In this document: positions 25,203 to 32,000 of the stretch, piece after piece
Position numbering within the stretch: position 1 is the stretch's first letter
Layout: each line of letters begins with the position of its first letter
From: Faecalibaculum rodentium
GTDB lineage: Bacteria; Bacillota_I; Bacilli_A; Erysipelotrichales; Erysipelotrichaceae
DNA: 32,000 nt
Assembly (NCBI RefSeq): GCF_001564455.1
Contig: NZ_CP011391.1
Coordinates: forward strand, 2,460,001 to 2,492,000
Direction: 5' to 3'
Notes under the pieces: model-generated
The model's database searches: none
What the model was told of the DNA's origin: nothing
What the model saw: only the letters and a program-made list of their open reading frames with translations
Translations under genes and position numbers: made by a program

Positions 25203-25605
25203 GCAAGGAAGCAGAAAGATCCGCCGCTTCCGACAGGGACCGAAAAGGTGCCAGACGCGTCAGACAAGACGTTAAAATCGACAGAGTGCAAAGAAACTCA
25301 AAGGGAAACAGAGATCCGGAAAAAGGGCCGAAGTTTCCAGCCTTGAAAAAATCCCTCCGATTCAGACATCCGAAAGAAAAAATACAAAATGATTCGAAAA
25401 GGATTGGAAAAAGGAGAGACACAGGACAGGCCAAAGGATGCAATCTAAACGGCTAAGTGGTTGAAAGATACCGGAAAGCATGAAGAAAGCAGAGAAGCTG
25501 TCCGAACCAGTCAAGGATAAACGTCTGAAACAATCAGCCAGCACCTGATCTCCCTGGACATACAAGGATCCGGGGATGATTCAGAAAGAATCATCCTTTG
25601 TTTTT
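25203..25605 (+). ncRNA. Candidate ~400-nt purine-rich non-coding transcript (orphan unit)
   Basis: Bounded by the extended -10 promoter and a strong terminator. Strongly A+G-rich on the + strand. No + strand ORF of 60 aa or more; only 19- and 22-aa ORFs without a usable SD. Many GGA/AAGGA motifs. Confidence 0.3.
25574..25605 (+). terminator. Intrinsic terminator
   Basis: GGATGATTC-AGAAA-GAATCATCC followed by TTTGTTTTT. Confidence 0.82.
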
Positions 25606-25720
25606 GGAACAGCGAAGGACCGCCTGACAGCGAATGCAGGCGGTCCTTCTGGCGTGATGGACTCGGAAGAGAGAACAGGAAATGACAGAGAATCAAAAGA
25701 ACTGTGGGTCAATTAAAGAA

Positions 25721-25746
25721 AATTGACTCAATCGATTGAGTCAATT
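25721..25746. promoter_or_regulatory. Perfect 26-bp palindrome AATTGACTCAATCGATTGAGTCAATT (operator-like), with extra GTCAATT half-sites
   Basis: Perfect dyad verified base by base. An additional GTCAATT lies at 25708-25714 and TCAATT at 25755-25760. Confidence 0.85.
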
Positions 25747-25786
25747 CAGCCGAATCAATTCAAATTGTACTTTGGGGAGATTCTGC

Positions 25787-25849
25787 ATGGAAAGAATCAA
25801 AAACGTTCTGATGTCAGACGGATTCGATGGTACAGAGACTACACCATAG
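25787..25849 (+). CDS. Possible 20-aa micro-ORF (MERIKNVLMSDGFDGTETTP)
   Basis: GGGGAG lies 7 nt upstream of the ATG. The ORF sits between the palindrome and a terminator. No homology evidence. Confidence 0.2.
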   Translation: MERIKNVLMSDGFDGTETTP

Positions 25850-25887
25850 CGACCCATTCTGACAGAGCTGTACAGGAATCAGCATCA

Positions 25888-25913
25888 GGGGGCTGAATCC
25901 AGCCCCCTTTATT
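25888..25913 (+). terminator. Intrinsic terminator
   Basis: GGGGGCT-GAATCC-AGCCCCC followed by TTTATT. Confidence 0.75.
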
Positions 25914-25982
25914 GTGGGCAATCACCATCGCTTATGAGTGAATCATGGGAAAACGATGATGGTGACTGCTTATGTAAATAGA

Positions 25983-26651
25983 TTATCTCCGTGGCATATA
26001 ATAACGGCCGCTTTTGTTGTAGTACGAAAAATGATTTGAAGCATAAGAAACACTCAATGATACAGATGCAGTTCCTTCGACGCCAGCGCCTACAGTTCCT
26101 CCCACTGTAGTGGTTCCATTGTCAAAGAAATCTCCATTAACGATCCAGTCAATTGTCTGAGCATCCACCAGATTCAGATATACGGTTCCTGCAAACTGCT
26201 TTGTTATACCACGACTGGAATCATATCTATTCAAGGAAATATTCATAATTTGAACACAGGTCATCTGGCTGCCTTCATAATCCGCTGATTTATGATAAAA
26301 CTGGATCCCTGCTGGAGCATATCCAGTCATGGCTGGAATCGGAATCGTAAGAGTTCTGTAGGTAGCAGCCCGCAAAGAAGCAAGAATTTCATTTTTCGTA
26401 TCGATCGAACCTGTTGATTGCTTAAATTCCTTCAAGTTATTTCGTTCAAGTTCCACCATTTCGTTAATTACTTCATTTGGTGTTTTGTTCTGTTCCATAC
26501 AGATCCTGTTAACCATTTCATCGAATGTCATAGTCTCATCAATGGATTCTTGAAAATTCACTGGTTTCGATTCTGTACAGCCTAATAAATGATGGCTGCT
26601 AACAGCAGCCAGTCCCATACTCATGATTATTGTCAAAAATTTCCCTTTCAT
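25983..26651 (-). CDS. Putative lipoprotein, unknown family (222 aa)
   Basis: Start at 'MKGKFLTIIMSMGLAAVSSHHLLGC' with lipobox LLGC, preceded by AAGGAAG. Low G+C. The C-terminal half is beta-rich and G/T/S-rich. Confidence 0.75.
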   Translation of the reverse strand: MKGKFLTIIMSMGLAAVSSHHLLGCTESKPVNFQESIDETMTFDEMVNRICMEQNKTPNEVINEMVELERNNLKEFKQSTGSIDTKNEILASLRAATYRTLTIPIPAMTGYAPAGIQFYHKSADYEGSQMTCVQIMNISLNRYDSSRGITKQFAGTVYLNLVDAQTIDWIVNGDFFDNGTTTVGGTVGAGVEGTASVSLSVSYASNHFSYYNKSGRYYMPRR

Positions 26652-26707
26652 AATGATTCTTCCTTTGCTTAATGAAGAAATCAAACTCCATTACTTATTT
26701 TAATACA

Positions 26708-27057
26708 CTATCTGGGATTTACCGTTACCCATATACATTTATTTGTGGAAACTCCATTAATGCTGATATAGACACTGACAATCTTGCTTCCAGGTGTCAT
26801 CAGTGCACCAGTTACTGTCACGGCAGCACTGCTAGATTCCAAAATCCATCCACGACAACTCCAATTACCATTAGCGTAAGTCATGGTAGCTGCAACTTTA
26901 ACATAATATCTATTTACTGATCCTGCATTCTCTCCATACCAGGTTTCGACACTATATGGTTCTATTTCGGTTTCTTCTGCACAGACTGCCATCGGAGATA
27001 ACCCAATACCTGAAGTAGCAATAATTCCTGCCAGTATTATTTTTTGAGAGTATTCAT
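26708..27057 (-). pseudogene. Small secreted protein, unknown family, split by a frameshift at an A6 run
   Basis: A strong RBS (AAAGGAGAGGAAATT) precedes ATG 27057, which reads MNTLKK then TAA (27039-27037). The -1 frame continues IILAGIIATSGIGLSPMAVCA-EETE... to 26708. Joined, it is a 116-aa protein with a textbook signal peptide. Confidence 0.6.
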
Positions 27058-27091
27058 AATTTCCTCTCCTTTCTGGCTCTACAATATTGCA

Positions 27092-29518
27092 TCAATCTTT
27101 CAAAAACTTTTCATTTCTTCTGTTAACCCAGAACCCGGCTATTGCCAAGACTACGGTCATACCCAGAACTGCAGGAAGCAGCCACAAGCTGATCTGGTGA
27201 TCGAGCTGATAGATTCCCACAGCCTCATTGTTGACAAAGAGAAAAGGCATTACACTCCCCAGCAAATCTCCATTGGTTGGAAATCGGCTGTGAATCGCCT
27301 CAACCAGGTTACCTGCCAGTAAAATTCCGGTCGCCAACAAAAACAGCAGCAAACCCCACACAGAGCAAATCGCTTTGTCAGCCTGTGACAATCGGGCACC
27401 CGCCAGGATCAGACATTGTTTCCAGTCTGCCAGCTGATTATGCAATCTTCCAGTTGCAGAAAGGATAAAGAAACTCAGGGACAAGAACAAAGCAGCTGTC
27501 AAAACACCGAAAAGCGTTTCCTGACTGTCAAGAAGGTCCATCACTCTCTGTTTAATAGCCCTCTCATTGGTCATATACACTGCTTCCCTGGCTGCTATGG
27601 CAGAGACCGACACTTGAACTTCGTCTTTCTGCTCATCAGAAAGAGTCAGGTGCAGACGATTCACAGGATATTCAAAAAAATCCGGAGCAGCATATATTGT
27701 ATAAGCCATGGACAGTCCCATCATCTCATCAAATCTCATCCATTCAGGCGGTTTTCGCAAAATGCCAGCAATTCTGGTCTTTACTTCTTTCCCGAAAGGA
27801 TCCTGCAGCAGAATTGTGTCTCCAGAACGATATCCTCCCTCACTCTTTACCTCTATTGAATTGGATAAATCATCAGCCAGCCACAGTTTGCCGTCATAAA
27901 TAGAGACATCCGGTGCATACAGAATAATGCCCTCTCCGCTGTTCCAGAGCTCCTCATCAAATCCTTCCACTTCTGTCAGGTCTATATCTTCCCGACTGAT
28001 AATGGGAACCATTTGCCAGTTCCTCAAGTCTTCTGCCATCAATTCCGATGGATACAGCAGACTGTTCCGGGATTCGTTGGAAATTGTCGGATCATTACGC
28101 AGCTGCTCCAGCAGTGATCCTTCTTCAACAGGTATGGCCCATCCATACATCTGGACAAAACCAGATTCCACATGAGAAAACCGACTGTCATCTTTCAGCT
28201 TTTCTGCTATTCTTTCCAGACTGTCATCTGTTCTGAAAGTCTGAAGTCCTTCAGGCTCCAGAGACAAAATGAAATCCGGCTTCTCCTGCAGCCACTTTTG
28301 TAACTGCCAAGTTTCTGTCAACGCCAGGGTCGTTCCGAAGAATACCGCAGCCAGAAAGACTGCAGCAATCAGATTTCCGGCTATGCTTCGGTTCCGGCTT
28401 TCCAGAAATCGCAGACCAAGACGGAAAGCTGTGACCCGTTTCATCGGCTTCCAGTGTCTTTGAGTTTCCGGAAGGTCTCCTCCACTGGCATTTTCCACTG
28501 CCGGAATCTCTTTGACATCCTTGGCCAGCAGACAGCACAGGATCAGAATCTCCAGAATCAGAGCTCCTGCTGTTCCCAGAATCACCGGCAACGGCCAGTT
28601 CATCAAAGTCGCGATTGTCAGAGAAATCAGAGCAGCTGTTCCGGCAGCCTGAATAATGGTTCTGATCAGGTCTTTTCGGATCTTTCGTTCTGACACACCC
28701 AATCCCTTCAGTACTTGAATATCATGTCTGCGGCTTTTCAGCCACTTACGGAAGACGACCATAATCAGGAAAGCGGACCCTCCCAGAGAAAATACCATCA
28801 ACATGGACCATGCAGCATTTTCCGGTGCAAAAGGTTCCCACAATTCCTTTACATGTACATTTCGAATCAGCAGCGGCATAGCCTGTTTCAAATCATCTAT
28901 TACTTCAGAGTTTTCACCTCTGATAAACACATTATCCCTGACAGATTTCAGTCCCGATCCAGGTCCTGTGAAAATGGCTGGCTGACTGTCACCACTGATC
29001 CAGGAGGTAGTGTAATTATTAATTATACCTGTCACTGTAAATTGTCGCTGACTTCCCTGAATTGTTCCGGTAATAGTTTCCCCCGGCTCATAGGCCATTC
29101 CAAGTCGGTCAAGAACCCAGTTTTCCACTGCGATTTCATCTCCTCTTTCCGGTAATCTACCTTGAAGGAGGCTGAAATTTGCCAATTTGTAAAAGGCACC
29201 ATCAGCACAGCCGGTTACAAATGTCAGGCCATTCGTTTCCAGCAACCCGAATATTTCCTGAGTTCCCACTTCTTCCAGCAATTCATGGGAATTCAGAATC
29301 TGACGGTCTTTTACACTGATATCCATCCTCACCCCCTGCCACAGACCATATTGCATCCTGGCAGTCTCCAGTCTTTTGTTCCACAGACCGGTCTGAACAG
29401 CGACAGCTGTCGTAAGGCACAGGAATCCGCAAAGGAATATAAGAAAAAAGCGCAGCTTCAAAGAGCGATTTTGTGAAAAGTACTGGAATTCAGATTTGCT
29501 CATTCTGAATTCTCCCAT
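27092..29518 (-). CDS. ABC transporter permease, tandem MacB/FtsX-type (two extracytoplasmic domains)
   Basis: 808 aa with a repeated TM-large loop-3TM architecture. Follows and overlaps the ATPase gene. An alternative start is at 29503. Confidence 0.88.
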   Translation of the reverse strand: MGEFRMSKSEFQYFSQNRSLKLRFFLIFLCGFLCLTTAVAVQTGLWNKRLETARMQYGLWQGVRMDISVKDRQILNSHELLEEVGTQEIFGLLETNGLTFVTGCADGAFYKLANFSLLQGRLPERGDEIAVENWVLDRLGMAYEPGETITGTIQGSQRQFTVTGIINNYTTSWISGDSQPAIFTGPGSGLKSVRDNVFIRGENSEVIDDLKQAMPLLIRNVHVKELWEPFAPENAAWSMLMVFSLGGSAFLIMVVFRKWLKSRRHDIQVLKGLGVSERKIRKDLIRTIIQAAGTAALISLTIATLMNWPLPVILGTAGALILEILILCCLLAKDVKEIPAVENASGGDLPETQRHWKPMKRVTAFRLGLRFLESRNRSIAGNLIAAVFLAAVFFGTTLALTETWQLQKWLQEKPDFILSLEPEGLQTFRTDDSLERIAEKLKDDSRFSHVESGFVQMYGWAIPVEEGSLLEQLRNDPTISNESRNSLLYPSELMAEDLRNWQMVPIISREDIDLTEVEGFDEELWNSGEGIILYAPDVSIYDGKLWLADDLSNSIEVKSEGGYRSGDTILLQDPFGKEVKTRIAGILRKPPEWMRFDEMMGLSMAYTIYAAPDFFEYPVNRLHLTLSDEQKDEVQVSVSAIAAREAVYMTNERAIKQRVMDLLDSQETLFGVLTAALFLSLSFFILSATGRLHNQLADWKQCLILAGARLSQADKAICSVWGLLLFLLATGILLAGNLVEAIHSRFPTNGDLLGSVMPFLFVNNEAVGIYQLDHQISLWLLPAVLGMTVVLAIAGFWVNRRNEKFLKD

Positions 29519-30170
29519 CCTCCATCACCAGCATCCGGTCTGCCTGTTTGGCCAGCGCCAGGTCATGAGTGACCATGATTACAGTCTGATTGAACATTCT
29601 CTGACACTCCCGGAACAAAGAGAACACCTTACGAGAGTTTTCGGAGTCCAGGTTCCCCGTAGGTTCGTCCGCCAGGATCAGATCCGGTTTCACAGAGAGT
29701 GCCCGGGCAATCGCAATCCGCTGCTGCTGACCGCCCGAACATTCACGGGGATATTTGTTCTCCAGCTTTTTGATATCCAGTCTGCTCTTCAGCTCCTCAA
29801 GAAACTCTTTATCAGGACTGCTCCCATTGACTTCGAAAGGAAGCCTCAGATTCTCTTCCACTGTCAGTTCCTGTACCAGAGAATAGAACTGGAAGACCAA
29901 ACCTATATGAGACAGGCGAAAATCAGACCGCTGTTCTTCATTCATTTCAGTAAGTATGGTTTTACCTATTTCAACAGTTCCTTCCTCTGGAGCAATCAGT
30001 CCGGCTATACAGTGCAGCAATGTAGATTTCCCGGAGCCGCTTCGCCCGATGATTGTGACAAACTCCCCAGGCTCAACTTTAAAAGAACAACCCTGCAAAG
30101 CATTGACAGGCGTCGTTTTCATGTTCCAGGTCTTGTGGATATCACAGATTTTTACGGCATATTCTTCCAT
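29490..30170 (-). CDS. ABC transporter ATP-binding protein (MacB/BceA-like)
   Basis: 226 aa with Walker A GRSGSGKST, signature CSGGQQQR, Walker B LILADEPT and H-loop VTHD. Confidence 0.93.
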   Translation of the reverse strand: MEEYAVKICDIHKTWNMKTTPVNALQGCSFKVEPGEFVTIIGRSGSGKSTLLHCIAGLIAPEEGTVEIGKTILTEMNEEQRSDFRLSHIGLVFQFYSLVQELTVEENLRLPFEVNGSSPDKEFLEELKSRLDIKKLENKYPRECSGGQQQRIAIARALSVKPDLILADEPTGNLDSENSRKVFSLFRECQRMFNQTVIMVTHDLALAKQADRMLVMEDGRIQNEQI

Positions 30171-31207
30171 GGTTTTACCTCCGAATTCATTGAATCAAAG
30201 GACTCTTTCATAAACATTGCAGTATCGGATTCCCATGGATGCACAGGCAAGAACAATCGCGCATTAAATCGGCCATCTTCCAGCGTAAGTGACAAATCCC
30301 CTCCGTGAAGTCTGGCTGCAGTTCTTGCCAGATCCAGTCCTATACCATAGTGACTGTCATCTGACGTTTCATATCGATTCATGGAGGGAAGAATCCCACT
30401 TTTTGTTTCATTGCTCACTGTTAACTCCAGACCTGTCTCTTGCTCAACAAGAGCTATCTGCACCTGCTGGCAATTCCTGCAGGCGTTGACCAGAAGAGTT
30501 TCCACTCCTTCCCTCAGAATCCGGGAATCCCCATACAGCCATCCAGGATCAAGCTTTGTCACAATCCGGACTTTATACCCATCAAGTGAAGGCAGTATGT
30601 CCTGTTCCAGCACTTCCTTCAGTGAAAAGAGCTTCATATCCAGAAGGCGATTATTGTAATGAATTCGGGAAGACTGTATAAATTTGTCCAGCTGTGAATC
30701 CATCAGTGCAAAAGATTCTTCAGCCGGTTCATACAAACCTTCGAGTTCCAGTCGCAGTGACAGACTGTTCAAAGATGATTTGAGCTGATGAGCAAAATTT
30801 TCCTACTCCTCCCTGCGAACCTTCATATCTCTGTCCTGTGCTCGAAGCAGTCCTTCCAGCTCCGTTACACGTTTCTGAAGAGCAGTATATTCGTGATGCC
30901 AATCCATCTTCTTCTTACGCTGTTGCCTGCAGCTGACTGCTGCAGATATCAGACCTGTCAGCAGAATAACTTCAGTTATCACAAAACGGCCGTCAAACAG
31001 GGAACTCACAGTTCTCCAGAAAGCATAATCCCCATATCCCTGTTGTATTGCAGATATCCGGATGGAAGAATCCAGATGAAAAAGCGCCTGAACCGGATCC
31101 GGTGCCATGGCTGTCAAATACAGCCGGCTGCCAATCCCATAAACCCAAAAGAAAAAGCTCAATATAAGAACCACAACCCAGAGTGTCATAAGGATATGTC
31201 GTTTCAT
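30152..31207 (-). pseudogene. Sensor histidine kinase interrupted by one in-frame TAG (30805-30803)
   Basis: ORFs 30803-31207 (2 TM plus coiled linker) and 30152-30772 (HATPase_c: 'LLVNACRN', 'HYGIGLDLAR') are in the same frame. Reading through gives ...VRREE*ENFAHQLKSSLNSL..., so the H-box lies just after the stop. Confidence 0.8.
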
Positions 31208-31845
31208 CGTTCCTCCAGACGATACCCGGTATTTTTCCTTCCGATGATATTCAGATCAAAAGGTTCCAGTTTCTTTTTCAGTGTGGACAGACGGGAACTG
31301 AAGGTTTCCGGAGAAATGTCGCGTCCTGTGGTCTGCCGGACAGCGCGCATCAAAGTCTCGGCCTGACAGGGATGCAGAATCAGCTGCCGGAGGATGGCGG
31401 TTTCGGTTCCTGAAAGATCAAGCTGCAGACTGTCTTTTTTCAGACAATGCGTATCTGGATACAGGACTGTTTCTCCCAGATGCAGGGCAGATCTGTACCC
31501 GCTTCTGTGAAGCAGGGCCTCTACTTTTTTCCTGAGGACCGCCAGTCTGACGGGCTTGACGATATAGTCATCACAGCCGGATTCAAAAGCCTCCAGCATG
31601 GTGGTCTCCATTCCATCACTGGAAAGAAACAGAATCGGGACATTGCTGACAATCCTGGCGGCTCTGGCAATATCCAGTCCGCTGCCATCTGGAAGTCTCA
31701 CGTCCAGAAGCAGAAGATCCCATCCCTTCTCACACTCTGCCAGTCCCTGTCTGCAGGTACAGCAGATTTGGCACTCCTCCGGATTCAGGGCTTCCCGAAT
31801 CACAGAAGCCAGTTCTCTGTTGTCCTCCACAATGCAAATTCTCAT
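31204..31845 (-). CDS. OmpR-family response regulator
   Basis: 213 aa. Receiver domain (VEDN, LLLLDVRLPDGSG, YIVKP) plus C-terminal winged helix (...LSTLKKKL...GRKNTGYRLE). RBS AAGGAGATAAGAATT. ATGA overlap with the kinase. Confidence 0.92.
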   Translation of the reverse strand: MRICIVEDNRELASVIREALNPEECQICCTCRQGLAECEKGWDLLLLDVRLPDGSGLDIARAARIVSNVPILFLSSDGMETTMLEAFESGCDDYIVKPVRLAVLRKKVEALLHRSGYRSALHLGETVLYPDTHCLKKDSLQLDLSGTETAILRQLILHPCQAETLMRAVRQTTGRDISPETFSSRLSTLKKKLEPFDLNIIGRKNTGYRLEER

Positions 31846-32000
31846 AATTCTTATCTCCTTAACTCATCATAAAATACAGTGGTGATTCTTCCAACTATCC
31901 TTTAAGTTTTCCGGAATATCTCCCGGATTTTTTCATTTTCCCATTCTTCATTTTCGCAAATCTGCCTTTCAGAAAAATTGCAGACCAGGATTTCCGCCTG

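Noticed and set aside
25183-25696. Three overlapping minus-strand ORFs (86, 67, 61 aa; F/L/S/C-rich)
   Set aside because: They are pyrimidine-rich mirrors of the purine-rich plus strand. They have no RBS, overlap each other in different frames, and have implausible composition.
25983-27057. Lactococcin-972-type bacteriocin assignment for the small secreted proteins
   Set aside because: Lcn972-family genes do sit next to ABC/permease immunity genes. However, the family's G-x-W-x-Y-G / S-x-Y-x-H-type motifs, as I remember them, are not present, and the gene order differs. Only a vague '...SYYN...' C-terminal echo exists.
30803-30805. TAG recoding or alternative genetic code as the explanation for the split kinase
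   Set aside because: TAG is used as the genuine stop of ftsH (3771-3773) and fic (3581-3583) in the same window. No Pyl-type context is evident, so a nonsense lesion or sequencing error is more parsimonious.

Overview
This is a 32-kb chromosomal window from a bacterium with Bacillota-like gene order (tilS-hpt-ftsH; rnmV-rsmA-ispE) and fairly high G+C. Because of the G+C, nearly every real gene is shadowed by long spurious antisense ORFs. The backbone holds a PAP2 phosphatase and tilS-hpt-ftsH. It also holds a long, mostly overlap-coupled minus-strand operon (yitT-family, rnmV, rsmA, ispE, DUF1146, a divergent MreB-like protein, tagO-like GT4 transferase). Further backbone genes are an NCS2 purine permease, a cytidylate-kinase-like protein, CapA, an ABC-F ATPase behind a leader/terminator attenuator, proBA and a family-6 (hypoxanthine) DNA glycosylase. 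Four things stand out as accessory or unusual. (1) A stand-alone 658-aa ORF (14094-16070, minus) fuses a PD-(D/E)xK-like N-terminus to a DUF2075/Schlafen-type P-loop helicase. It is G+C-richer than its neighbours and sits between housekeeping units, so it is my best candidate for a single-gene defence or nucleic-acid surveillance system. (2) A markedly low-G+C island (about 25.7-31.9 kb, minus strand) encodes response regulator, histidine kinase, ABC ATPase and an 808-aa double-FtsX permease, followed by two secreted proteins of no family I recognise. It carries two lesions: an in-frame TAG just before the kinase H-box, and an A6-run frameshift that cuts a signal peptide from its mature domain. 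(3) A toxin islet holds a fragmented HipA relic and an intact class-II Fic gene bracketed by two copies of a ~57-bp triple-motif/hairpin element. (4) The junction region at 25.19-25.92 kb contains a purine-rich orphan transcription unit and a perfect 26-bp palindrome. I recognised no rRNA, tRNA, CRISPR array, transposase or integrase. All calls come from reading the sequence and ORF translations by eye; no database search was run.
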